Source: an uncultured Candidatus Saccharibacteria bacterium (GTDB taxonomy: Bacteria; Patescibacteriota; Minisyncoccia; UBA6257; JACOXY01). Taken from it: a stretch of 64,000 nucleotides of DNA. The position numbers and the translations under genes are program-made. Below the pieces are notes generated by a model. The model made no database searches and was not told where the DNA came from. It was given only the letters and a program-made list of their open reading frames with translations. The stretch lies in the NCBI GenBank assembly GCA_964357615.1, contig CAYHMC010000001.1, positions 2,602 to 66,601 on the forward strand. Direction: 5' to 3'. Shown in pieces: positions 28,313 through 38,796 of the stretch. Each line of letters opens with the position of its first letter. Position 1 is the first letter of the stretch.

Positions 28313-29884
28313 ATGCAAAAGGAAAAAATTCAAAAATATATACCAGTAAATTCGAAAGCAGAATTTCTTAAAAATTCAGTACAATTTGAGGTTGAGTCAT
28401 TGGAAATATTAAAAATAGTGTCAAACTTGAAACACGAGCATAACTTAAGTTTAAAGCTAGTCACTGCTACGGATGAACAAAAAGAGCTAGGATGTTTTAG
28501 GATTTGGTACATTTTTGGAGTGCCCGATGAAGATGCTTTTGTTATTCCATATATTACGGTTAAGGATGCAAATGAATTTCCATCTATTACATCAATTTGC
28601 GGTGAGGCTATGGGGTATGAAATGAAGATTAGAACATTTTTTGGACTAAAACCAATTGGACACCCAGATTTTAGACAGACCATCCTGCATGAAAATTGGC
28701 CTGAAAATATACATCCACTTAGAAATGACTTCAAATGGGATAAGAGGCCAGAATTAGCACATGGGACATATAAGTTCCAAAAAGTTAATGGTGAGGGTAT
28801 TTATGAAATTCCAGTTGGACCAATACATGCTGGCATTATTGAACCTGGACACTTTAGATTTAGCGTTGCTGGTGAGAGGATTATGCTTTTAGAACCACGC
28901 CTAGGTTTTGTCCATAAAGGAAGTGAAAAGCTTTTTGAAATTCTTCCGATAGATCAAAAAATAAAGTTATCGGAAAAAATTTCTGGCGATAGCTCATTTA
29001 GTCATTCATTGGCATTTTGTGAGGCATTGGAGCAATTGAGTGACACTATAGTATCAAGTCGAGCAAAATATTTGAGAGTTATATTTGCAGAACTAGAAAG
29101 ACTCGCAAATCATTTTGGAGATATTGGTGCAATTATGATAGATACTGGTTTTAATTTTGGCGGAAGTAATGGGTCACGATTGCGCGAGATAATAATGCAG
29201 ATTAATGAGCGTCTTACTGGTAGCAGGTTCTTGCGTGGCGTAAATAAAATTGGCGGTGTTTCAAAAGATTTAAATAATGAAGAAAAGTCTCTTTTATCCT
29301 CTGATTTGGATAGAATACTAAAAGATTTTGGTGAAGTTATAAATGTTGCAGAAAATAGCGTGTCATTATTAAACAGATTAAAGGGGACTGGAGTCATAGC
29401 AAAAGAAGTTGCACAATTGAATGGCGTGATGGGGGTTGCGGGACGTGCTACTGGAATTGTTAGTGATGCAAGAATTGATTATAAATATGCAGCATATGGT
29501 GAAATTACTCCATTTGATATTGCGGTTGAGAATGACGGGGATGTATTTGCAAGATTTAATGTGCGCATTAAAGAAGTTCGCACATCGCATAAAATTATAA
29601 AAAATGCGTTGAAGAATTTACCTGAAGGCTCTATTAGAAGCGATGAGATGAATTCTGAATTTAAAGCGAATTCTCTCGCGATTAGTATTGTTGAGGGTTG
29701 GCGAGGAGAAATTGTTTACTTCGTAACAACCGATTCACATGGGAATATAAGTAGAGTCGTGCCTCGTGATCCGTCACAAATGAATTGGTCTGTACTTAAA
29801 GATGCTGGTTTTGATAATGTTGTACCAGATTTTCCATTAATAAATAAAAGCTTTAACTTATCATACTCTGGAAACGATTTATAA
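28313..29884 (+). CDS. Fused NuoC-NuoD / HycE-like large-subunit homolog of group-4 [NiFe] hydrogenase. All four Ni-Fe-binding Cys are absent.
   Basis: The N-terminal ~150 aa are NuoC-like (YEMKIRTFFGLKPIGHPDFRQTIL). Next comes VGPIHAGIIEPGHFRFSVAGE, which is HycE-like rather than NuoD-like. At the L1 position it reads KISGDSSFSHS where canonical sequences have RxCGxCxxxH. The C-terminus reads DFPLINKSFNLSYSGNDL where canonical sequences have DAPLIxxSLDPCxSCTDR. Confidence 0.8.
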   Translation: MQKEKIQKYIPVNSKAEFLKNSVQFEVESLEILKIVSNLKHEHNLSLKLVTATDEQKELGCFRIWYIFGVPDEDAFVIPYITVKDANEFPSITSICGEAMGYEMKIRTFFGLKPIGHPDFRQTILHENWPENIHPLRNDFKWDKRPELAHGTYKFQKVNGEGIYEIPVGPIHAGIIEPGHFRFSVAGERIMLLEPRLGFVHKGSEKLFEILPIDQKIKLSEKISGDSSFSHSLAFCEALEQLSDTIVSSRAKYLRVIFAELERLANHFGDIGAIMIDTGFNFGGSNGSRLREIIMQINERLTGSRFLRGVNKIGGVSKDLNNEEKSLLSSDLDRILKDFGEVINVAENSVSLLNRLKGTGVIAKEVAQLNGVMGVAGRATGIVSDARIDYKYAAYGEITPFDIAVENDGDVFARFNVRIKEVRTSHKIIKNALKNLPEGSIRSDEMNSEFKANSLAISIVEGWRGEIVYFVTTDSHGNISRVVPRDPSQMNWSVLKDAGFDNVVPDFPLINKSFNLSYSGNDL

Positions 29885-29910
29885 TGCTAAAGCATTGTAA
29901 ATATATTAGG

Positions 29911-29940
29911 ATATAAAAATAGGCCACCACAGGGCCATTT
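29911..29940. terminator. Weak bidirectional hairpin between the hydrogenase-like operon (+) and the 29949 gene (-)
   Basis: aaaataggccaccacagggccatttt; the GC stem is short. Confidence 0.25.
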
Positions 29941-29948
29941 TAATATAG

Positions 29949-30287
29949 TCAGTCTTTTTCTACGAAACTAATACCATCGAAATCAACAAATACTGGAATA
30001 ACTGGAATTTTGCTTAAGGATACCGGGCCAAATTTCTCAACGACCTGCTTAGCGATGACTAAATCATTTAGTATTTTTTCTTTCGGTGTATTGCCGTATG
30101 CGCCACAAGTTTCATGAGCCATAAGAACTATTCTCGGAGGATGATGTAGTTCAATGGTTCGCTTGATTTGCTTGAGGACATAAATTCTATCGCTTTCATG
30201 TTCAGGGCTTGCTAAGTCTTTTGCGCCACCAGCAATCGTAATTCGATCAACTTTATCAATTTCAAGAATGGTTTTAAGTTCGGTCAT
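29949..30287 (-). CDS. Hypothetical conserved small protein immediately downstream of atpC
   Basis: 112 aa; contains the motif LMAHETCGAYG (HxxCG). No family could be assigned by eye. Confidence 0.4.
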   Translation of the reverse strand: MTELKTILEIDKVDRITIAGGAKDLASPEHESDRIYVLKQIKRTIELHHPPRIVLMAHETCGAYGNTPKEKILNDLVIAKQVVEKFGPVSLSKIPVIPVFVDFDGISFVEKD

Positions 30288-30370
30288 ACCCCTTTTAAAT
30301 CTTCTATCTAGGCACCATAAAAAAGTTGCGCCAACAGTATAGTGTTCTTTTGAGAGATGCTCTCCAAATC

Positions 30371-32033
<1,663 letters not shown>

Positions 32034-32094
32034 TTATTTCAATAAACGACTTTGTATTGTTTTTCATCATATATTTATAAAATGCGATCGCGGC

Positions 32095-32119
32095 TTCGTA
32101 CGGGATCATCCCGTACGAA
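32095..32119. promoter_or_regulatory. Perfect 12-1-12 palindrome (TTCGTACGGGAT-c-ATCCCGTACGAA) inside the atpG-atpD intergenic gap; a candidate operator or RNA hairpin
   Basis: It is flanked by related copies: tcatcccgaacgaa at 31986-31999 and tacgggatca at ~32218-32230. It is also flanked by the palindromes agatcgcgatct (32002-32013) and gcgatcgc (32083-32090). Confidence 0.5.
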
Positions 32120-32225
32120 ATAGGACGCGAACATTTTTTATTATCTACATTGTTTACTAATTATTATTAAGCTTTTATTAATCATTGTCATTATCATATA
32201 TGCGTGTCCGCTATTTCATACGGGA

Positions 32226-33155
32226 TCATGTGTTTGAATTTACTCCGGCAGATATTTCAGATAACTCTTGAGTAATAGCTGCTTGACGAGATTTATTAAA
32301 AATAAGTTGTAAATTATCTTTTAAGTCTGCGGCATTGTCTGACGCGCTCTTCATTGCTACCATTCTTGCTGAATGTTCTGAAGCATTAGATTCGAGTATT
32401 AAGTGATATATTACCATTTCTACTAGGTGTTTGGTTAAATCATTTAAAAGTTTCTGCGCTTCTTCTTTTGATGATGGCTCTGTAATATATTCAAAATGGT
32501 CGCTTAAAATTGATTTTGAATCATTGGCTTCTGAAAAACGACCATATTCTGGCACAAGTTCTTTAATATCTTCTTCAATTTTTTCAAAACTAATGGGAAG
32601 TAATTCACGAATCAAGACATCTTGACGAAGAGTTGTTTTAAAATGTGTGCTAATGGTTATAACTTTTGACCATTTACCACTCAAGAAACCATCAATAACA
32701 AAGTCAGCAAAATCTTGTGTGTGTTGTGGTGTGGCATAATCTCCAAACTTAGTAAACGATTTTTCTGTTCTTAAATTTTTGCGAACCAAATAATCTTCAG
32801 ATTTTTTACCTACTGCCGCATAAAGATATTTGTCAGAATCATCGGTAAAACTTTTCTCAAATTTTCTAAGTACGTTGCTGTTTAGTGATCCCGCGAGCCC
32901 TTTGTCTGCTGAAATAAGAATCACTAATGTTTTTCCGGACTCGCCTGACTCTACCATAAGAGCTGATTTGTGAGGAGAACGTTTTGAAATTTCACGCAAA
33001 ATTTCCATACCTGCAATTGCATATGGTCTGGAATTTAGCGCTAAAACCTGCGCTTTGCGCATTTTGTTGCTCGCAACCATTTCCATCGCCTTAGTAATTT
33101 GCTCGGTATTCCCAACTGATTTTATTCTTCTTTTAATTGATTGAGTAGATTCCAT
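32226..33155 (-). CDS. atpG: F-type ATP synthase gamma subunit
   Basis: 309 aa; the N-terminal IKRRIKSVGNTEQITKAMEMVA and C-terminal ...ITQELSEI match gamma. Confidence 0.88.
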   Translation of the reverse strand: MESTQSIKRRIKSVGNTEQITKAMEMVASNKMRKAQVLALNSRPYAIAGMEILREISKRSPHKSALMVESGESGKTLVILISADKGLAGSLNSNVLRKFEKSFTDDSDKYLYAAVGKKSEDYLVRKNLRTEKSFTKFGDYATPQHTQDFADFVIDGFLSGKWSKVITISTHFKTTLRQDVLIRELLPISFEKIEEDIKELVPEYGRFSEANDSKSILSDHFEYITEPSSKEEAQKLLNDLTKHLVEMVIYHLILESNASEHSARMVAMKSASDNAADLKDNLQLIFNKSRQAAITQELSEISAGVNSNT

Positions 33156-34678
33156 TATAGTGTGTTCTTAAAATTTTGAATTGCCAATTTTAATTTCTCT
33201 TCAATTTCTGTTGTCAGTTCTTTGGTGGTTCTTATGGGTTCTAATAAGTCGACGTCATGTCGCCCTCGCATATATTCCAAATATTTATTTTCAATATTTT
33301 TAAGATTTTGTACTGCCACATCATCAAAATAACCATTAATTGTTGCATAAAACACTAGCACCTGACTTTCAAATGGAAGAGGAGATGCATCATTCTGTTT
33401 CAATATTTCAGTTATCATTTGACCTCGTTTAATTTTATTTTTTGTCCCTTCGTCTAGATCTGATGCAAATTGAACAAATGCTTGTAATTCTCTAAACTGT
33501 GCCAATTCAAGACGAAGTTTACCAGAAACTTTTTTCATAGCTTTTGTTTGAGCTGAAGATCCTACGCGAGAAACAGAAAGTCCTGCGTTAATTGCTGGTC
33601 TAATACCCTGATAGAAAAGATCTGCCTCTAAATAAATTTGACCATCTGTAATAGAAATAACGTTGGTTGGAACATAGGCAGATACATCGCTTAGTTGAGT
33701 CTCTATTATTGGAAGCGCTGTTAAGGAGCCACCCCCTTTTTCTTTGCTTAATTTTGCAGAGCGTTCAAGAAGCCTAGAGTGGAGATAAAAAATATCTCCA
33801 GGATAAGCTTCTCTACCAGGAGTGCGTCGCAAGAGTAAAGAAATTTGTCTGTATGCAGTGGCGTGCTTTGAAAGGTCGTCATAGATAATCAATGAATCTT
33901 GACCTTGATCCATAAAATATTCTCCAATTGCACACCCCGCATATGGCGCTAAATACCAAAAAGATGCAGGGGAAGAAGCACCTGCCACAACTACAATTGT
34001 GTATTTCATGGCACCGGCCGCTTCAAGCTCTGATATTATTTTTGCAACATTTGATTCTTTTTGACCAATTGCAACATAAATACAAATCGGAATTTTCTGT
34101 CCTTTCTCATTTTGCTGATTAACAATCGTATCAATAGCTATTGCTGTTTTGCCAGTTTGGCGGTCGCCAATAATTAGCTCGCGTTGGCCTCGTCCTATTG
34201 GAATCATAGAATCTATTGCTTTAATTCCAGTATGAATTGGTGATTTTACTGACTCACGTTCAAGAACTGAAGGGGCCCGCTTTTCAATTGGGTAATTGGC
34301 TGGCTTAGCGCCTTTCCATATATCTCCTTTGCCATCAATAGGCTCTCCAAGGGGGTTAATAACCCTTCCAATGAGTTCTGGTCCCACTTTAATACTTAAC
34401 ACCTCTCCAGTGCTCTTTACCTCATCTCCGGCTTTAATTTTCTTAAAATCACCAAGAACAATTGCTCCAATTGATGATTCTTCTAAATTTAACGCCACAG
34501 CTTTAATGGACCCATCCTTGGTTTCGATGCTTAACATTTCTTGGCTCATTGCATTACTTAACCCCTGAATTTTAACTACGCCATCGGCAACCTCGATAAT
34601 ATTACCTATTTTAGAAATTAAAACATCACTCTTTGCGTTTTCAATTTCCCTTTTGAGTTTTTCAATTATTTCAAACAT
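33155..34678 (-). CDS. atpA: F-type ATP synthase alpha subunit
   Basis: [15 protein letters not shown] (P-loop) and ...[14 protein letters not shown]; 507 aa. Confidence 0.93.
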   Translation of the reverse strand: MFEIIEKLKREIENAKSDVLISKIGNIIEVADGVVKIQGLSNAMSQEMLSIETKDGSIKAVALNLEESSIGAIVLGDFKKIKAGDEVKSTGEVLSIKVGPELIGRVINPLGEPIDGKGDIWKGAKPANYPIEKRAPSVLERESVKSPIHTGIKAIDSMIPIGRGQRELIIGDRQTGKTAIAIDTIVNQQNEKGQKIPICIYVAIGQKESNVAKIISELEAAGAMKYTIVVVAGASSPASFWYLAPYAGCAIGEYFMDQGQDSLIIYDDLSKHATAYRQISLLLRRTPGREAYPGDIFYLHSRLLERSAKLSKEKGGGSLTALPIIETQLSDVSAYVPTNVISITDGQIYLEADLFYQGIRPAINAGLSVSRVGSSAQTKAMKKVSGKLRLELAQFRELQAFVQFASDLDEGTKNKIKRGQMITEILKQNDASPLPFESQVLVFYATINGYFDDVAVQNLKNIENKYLEYMRGRHDVDLLEPIRTTKELTTEIEEKLKLAIQNFKNTL

Positions 34679-35040
34679 TTTAGTCTGTTCTGCAATGAGC
34701 TATCGATAGACAGCTCATCGTTAATTGTTATTTTTATACCAGCAATAAGTTTCTTGTTTATTTTAAAAGTCACATCACTATTTTTATTAAAAGAATTTTT
34801 AACTTTATCTATGAGTGGCTTACTTAATTCTCGAGCCGTTTCAATTTTAATTATTGAAATATTTTCCTTTGAGGCGATATTTTTTTTTATTTCATTGAAT
34901 ATTTTATTTGAATCTTTAATTGCCCCATGCTTTTTTAAGACAGAAGTAAAATTATTACACAGTTCATTATATTGGCTTTCTGGTGTTTTGAGTAACACTT
35001 CGCAAAATGCTTTAGCGAAAATTGTTGGTGAATATTGCAT
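34666..35040 (-). CDS. atpH: F-type ATP synthase delta (OSCP) subunit, short form
   Basis: It lies between atpF and atpA. The N-terminal [11 protein letters not shown] resembles the delta N-terminal YAKALFE motif. At 124 aa it is shorter than the usual ~180 aa. Confidence 0.6.
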   Translation of the reverse strand: MQYSPTIFAKAFCEVLLKTPESQYNELCNNFTSVLKKHGAIKDSNKIFNEIKKNIASKENISIIKIETARELSKPLIDKVKNSFNKNSDVTFKINKKLIAGIKITINDELSIDSSLQNRLKCLK

Positions 35041-35549
35041 TAGGATATATTGTTTTTACGCAAATTAGTGACGGTTTGCTCAATTAGTTTTTCATCTATG
35101 GCGCTAGGGGATAGCAGAACGGTTTTCTCTATTGCTAATTTAACAAATTCTAAAGCTTCACTGTAAAATTTAGCTTTTTCTTTTAATATTTCTTCGTTGC
35201 CTCTTGCCACAGCTCCCAAAAGCAATTCATCGCCTTTTTTGCGAGCAACTTCCAATAATTCGACTTCTTGTGCTTTTGTTTTTATTTGCATTGCTCCCAG
35301 TATATTAAGCGATTCTTTTTCAGCTTCGGACAGCTTTTCCGCCTTTATTCTCTCTGACGCTTCAAGTTCTTTTTTAGCAAGTTCCGCATCTTCTATACCT
35401 TTTTGTATTTTATTTCTCCTTAATTCAAGAATGCTAAGTAGTGGTTTGTAAACTGTAAATCGTAATATTATTAGTACAATCAAAAAATTAATTGCTTGAA
35501 CAGCAAGTAATTTGAAGTTAACACCCAATTGTGAAAATAATTCAGACAT
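35040..35549 (-). CDS. atpF: F-type ATP synthase subunit b
   Basis: A single N-terminal TM helix followed by a long charged coiled coil (KAEKLSEAEKES...); assigned partly by position. Confidence 0.75.
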   Translation of the reverse strand: MSELFSQLGVNFKLLAVQAINFLIVLIILRFTVYKPLLSILELRRNKIQKGIEDAELAKKELEASERIKAEKLSEAEKESLNILGAMQIKTKAQEVELLEVARKKGDELLLGAVARGNEEILKEKAKFYSEALEFVKLAIEKTVLLSPSAIDEKLIEQTVTNLRKNNIS

Positions 35550-35564
35550 ACCTTAACTTACTTA

Positions 35565-35792
35565 TTATACGAATTTTAATATAAGCGCTACGACTAATGC
35601 GTAAATAGCGATTGCTTCAGCAAAAGCGATAGCTAATATCATTGCTGTTTGAACTTTTGGTGCTGCTTCTGGGTTTCTTCCAATTGCTTCTGCTCCTCTT
35701 GAACCAATAAGTCCAATCGCTATAGCTGGGCCAATAGTACCAAGTGCCATTATAATTCCAATCGCTAACATTTTCATTGTTTCTGCGTCCAT
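35565..35792 (-). CDS. atpE: F-type ATP synthase subunit c
   Basis: 75 aa hairpin protein with IGRNPE in the loop and [12 protein letters not shown] carrying the conserved carboxylate. No Na+-type Q/ES/T residues are present, so it is probably H+-coupled. Confidence 0.9.
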   Translation of the reverse strand: MDAETMKMLAIGIIMALGTIGPAIAIGLIGSRGAEAIGRNPEAAPKVQTAMILAIAFAEAIAIYALVVALILKFV

Positions 35793-35861
35793 CCCGTTAG
35801 AGGTCCCGTTTCGTAGGCTGTTCTGATAGTTTTATTATCGAGTACATACCTCTAATGGGAT
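35791..35861. promoter_or_regulatory. Imperfect inverted repeat (atcccgttagaggt ... acctctaatgggat) in the atpB-atpE intergenic region
   Basis: The arms match at 13 of 14 positions and are separated by ~43 nt. It shares the ATCCCGT k-mer with the atpG-atpD palindrome. Confidence 0.35.
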
Positions 35862-35916
35862 CCATTTTATTTTTAATAATTTTAATTAATATTAATGTTT
35901 CGACCAAGTTTTAATT

Positions 35917-36660
35917 TCAGTGACTTTCTTCAATCGTTGCGATTGTTATAAATACCAGCGTTAGCATTGCAAATACGAATGCCTGAATAAATCCAACGAA
36001 TATCTCAAGCAGTATAAATGGTAGCGGTGCTATAAGCGGCAGAAGGAAAACAATAATAATTAGTAATACTTCTCCAGCAAATACATTACCAAACAACCTA
36101 AATGAGAACGAGATTATTTTAGCAATTTCTGAGATTAATTCAAGTATTCCAATAAAAAACCCAATCGGACTTTTAAAATTTATAAATTTTTTAAAATGAG
36201 AAATCGCACCAATTGCACTAATTCCAAAAATATTAACTCCAATCACTGCGATAAGAGCAATGGCAATAGTAAAGTTTAAGTCCGCTGCTGGAGCTCGGAA
36301 TAGTGGAATTAGTTGGGTTTCTTCTCCGTGAGTCTCGTAGAGGCCAATAGATCCAATTCCAGGGAGTAGTCCAAGCCAGTTTGAAATAAGAACAAAAAAG
36401 AAAATTGTTGCGACCAGCGGGAAGTATTTTTTAGTTTTTTCTTCATCATTTATGACGGAGTTACATAGCGAAAGCATTCCCTCAAAAGCAAACTCTAAGA
36501 AATTTTGAAATTTACCTGGAATTAAAGTAAGTCTATTTTTAAAAAATATTCCTAAAACAATAAGAATAGCTGAAGTTATAAATGCTAAAGCTACTGAATT
36601 TGTTATATCCAAGCCCCAAAAATAGAATAAATGCTCTGCTTTGATTGAAATTTCTGGCAT
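35917..36660 (-). CDS. atpB: F-type ATP synthase subunit a
   Basis: 247 aa with 5-6 TM helices. The C-terminal region ...RLFGNVFAGEVLL contains the conserved R in the penultimate helix. Confidence 0.88.
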   Translation of the reverse strand: MPEISIKAEHLFYFWGLDITNSVALAFITSAILIVLGIFFKNRLTLIPGKFQNFLEFAFEGMLSLCNSVINDEEKTKKYFPLVATIFFFVLISNWLGLLPGIGSIGLYETHGEETQLIPLFRAPAADLNFTIAIALIAVIGVNIFGISAIGAISHFKKFINFKSPIGFFIGILELISEIAKIISFSFRLFGNVFAGEVLLIIIVFLLPLIAPLPFILLEIFVGFIQAFVFAMLTLVFITIATIEESH

Positions 36661-36725
36661 AAAAAATATGCCTACATTGTAACAGGGAAGTGTTGAAAAA
36701 TAAAGCGATTTAGTAAAATAACCTT

Positions 36726-37052
36726 TTAGTTTAAGGCCCTCAATAATTCATTGTATTGATTTATTGAAGCAACTCCCAACCAAAGCATTAGAGCTATAGA
36801 AAAAATTGTAAGAACTAAAGATGCTACGCCAATCATTCTGGCTTTTGGATCTGACTGCCGAATATATTTAACTGTATAGCCTAGTCCAAACGGAGCTAAA
36901 AAGAAACTTACCAGATAAATAATTATTTGTTTATTGGTAGATGTGTTGATTGGAGTTACCCTAATATTAAATCCGCAACGCGGACAAAAATAAGCACCTG
37001 CTGGCACTGTCGTTCCACAAGAGGAACAAGCCGTTTCAGTTAGAGTGTTCAT
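36726..37052 (-). CDS. Zinc-ribbon protein with two C-terminal TM helices, at the position usually occupied by atpI/atpZ
   Basis: N-terminal CSSCGTTVPAGAYFCPRCGF (CxxC-x11-CxxC) followed by 2 hydrophobic helices. Confidence 0.45.
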   Translation of the reverse strand: MNTLTETACSSCGTTVPAGAYFCPRCGFNIRVTPINTSTNKQIIIYLVSFFLAPFGLGYTVKYIRQSDPKARMIGVASLVLTIFSIALMLWLGVASINQYNELLRALN

Positions 37053-37177
37053 ATAGTTCTAGTATATCAAGGTAATTGTAAATTCAGAAATAGTAAAATT
37101 TAGAGCAGATACATTAAAAATAAAAAGCCACTAATAGGGTAGTAGCTTTTTATAGAAAACAGATAATAATTCTTGTT

Positions 37178-37876
37178 TTAGTGAGAGCTAGAAGTTGCAG
37201 TTCTTGGAATCGAAATATCTCTCACAATTTGTGCTGAAATTGTGCTACTTACATTTGTGCCCCAAACTCGAAGCGTATCTCCGCTTTGGATATCAGAAAT
37301 TAGAATTGGCAAATAATTTTTATTGAATATTTTCGCACCCGAAACAATGCTTACAGAAAACGCAACATTTTTTTCGGTTAGCGTAAATCCAGATCCTGTT
37401 ATCGTGGTGACTTTGCCTTCATAGTTACGGGGCGTGGCATTTTTCATTAGTTCTTTTACTACTTCCTTATTTTCTTTTTTGGTTTTAGCTAATTCTTCTT
37501 TGTAGCTCCAATTTCTAATAAGCGTTGCGTTAATTGTCCACGGTGAACTGTCAGAAATTTTTCCTTGAATTCCAACAAAGTCATCTTTAGCAAAGTTCGC
37601 AATATCTTTATTGGGCAATATTTTTGTACTGGACCCAATATTTATTGTCCAATTACCGCCCCAGCTTTTTACTACAAGCGAACCACTTGCATTGCTTATA
37701 ACCGTTCCACGAAGCAATGTACCACCCCTTGGTCCTATTTCAATAACCATTGGATTTGTAGTTCTGGTGTTGTTATTTGTAGCTATGGTGGAGCTATTAT
37801 TAGCACTTGCAATAAGTGTTATCGCTAAAATAGATCCGCCAGTAATGATTCCCGTTATAATTTTATTTAGTTTCAT
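37178..37876 (-). CDS. Secreted hypothetical protein with two repeated beta-rich domains
   Basis: Signal peptide (MKLNKIITGIITGGSILAITLIASA). It has an internal duplication, and its C-terminus GDTLRVWGTN...AQIVRD resembles the C-terminus of CDS 42645. Confidence 0.45.
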   Translation of the reverse strand: MKLNKIITGIITGGSILAITLIASANNSSTIATNNNTRTTNPMVIEIGPRGGTLLRGTVISNASGSLVVKSWGGNWTINIGSSTKILPNKDIANFAKDDFVGIQGKISDSSPWTINATLIRNWSYKEELAKTKKENKEVVKELMKNATPRNYEGKVTTITGSGFTLTEKNVAFSVSIVSGAKIFNKNYLPILISDIQSGDTLRVWGTNVSSTISAQIVRDISIPRTATSSSH

Positions 37877-38039
37877 GTTATTACTTAAATTAATAAGCGA
37901 CCTTTTGCTCTATGTATTATTTGACGCAATAAGAAATAATCTCTTACATAATCCATTAGCAAGTTTTTTATTGGAATAAAACTAAAACTAGCTACCCAAT
38001 TTAGGTAGCTAGTAATAAAAGCTAATTTATTAAGAAAGC

Positions 38040-38684
38040 TTAATAACTTACAAAATATGAAACGCTTGCTTTTGCTCGAAGTTCCGTCAATAAATTGTCT
38101 GTTTCAATACCGATCTTTTGATTTGTAAGTTCATCTTTTACTTTGGCTTTGAATGTTGCTTCTTGGCCCTTTGGTATGACTATTTTATTCTCTTTAATAT
38201 AGGCAGTAATATCAGCATCAGTAATGACCACTTTGTCGTCTAACAGTTTTTTAATCTCTAATTGAAGACGAATTCTTCTTTTAATATCTTTCATATTGAT
38301 ATTTTTGGTTTCCATTAAATTCTCAAGCGTTTCACCCTGTGCAACAATTTGTCCTTCAAGAACTTTTACCTCAGCTTCAATTTCTTCAGTTGTTACTTTT
38401 ATGCCTTTGTTGACTGCTTCTTCGTGAATTAGTTTTTCGCTTATTAGTGCATCAAGAATATCTTTACCCGATTCTTTTTCAAGTTCTTTCATGACCGACA
38501 AGCGCCAAATATAACTGCCATTAACTGAAGCAGCAATTAGTACACTTTTCATTGAATAGGCAAGCGCTCCTAAAATTAATATAAAAGCAATAATAATAGC
38601 TGTTTTTGCATTGAATTTAGATTTTGGAGCAGTAGCTAAATTTTGATTGTCGATTCCAGGGGAATCATAACTTTTATCTTCCAT
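38040..38684 (-). CDS. Membrane-anchored SurA/PrsA N-terminal-domain-like chaperone fragment (no parvulin domain)
   Basis: N-terminal TM helix, then IWRLSVMKELEKESGKDILDALISEKLIHEEAVNKGIKVTTEEIEAEVK, which resembles the SurA_N/PrsA foldase N-terminal domain. Confidence 0.4.
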   Translation of the reverse strand: MEDKSYDSPGIDNQNLATAPKSKFNAKTAIIIAFILILGALAYSMKSVLIAASVNGSYIWRLSVMKELEKESGKDILDALISEKLIHEEAVNKGIKVTTEEIEAEVKVLEGQIVAQGETLENLMETKNINMKDIKRRIRLQLEIKKLLDDKVVITDADITAYIKENKIVIPKGQEATFKAKVKDELTNQKIGIETDNLLTELRAKASVSYFVSY

Positions 38685-38796
38685 ATTTTTATATATTAAT
38701 AATAATTTATATTTTTTAAATTGATAATAATCTCAGAGTCGACCATTAAACAAATAATAATTTTCTCTAATAATAGCTTTTGAAGCTTATTTAATT

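Noticed and set aside
22692-29884. Annotation of this operon as a functional formate hydrogenlyase / hydrogenase-4 (hyf) or as NADH dehydrogenase subunits
   Set aside because: All Ni-Fe ligands and most proximal FeS ligands are substituted, and no ferredoxin-like or NADH-binding subunit is encoded. Calling it a hydrogenase or complex I would be misleading. Homology is clear but function is not.
32083-32090. GCGATCGC octamer, identical to the cyanobacterial HIP1 repeat
   Set aside because: A single 8-mer occurrence proves nothing. There are no other cyanobacterial signatures, so this is coincidence.
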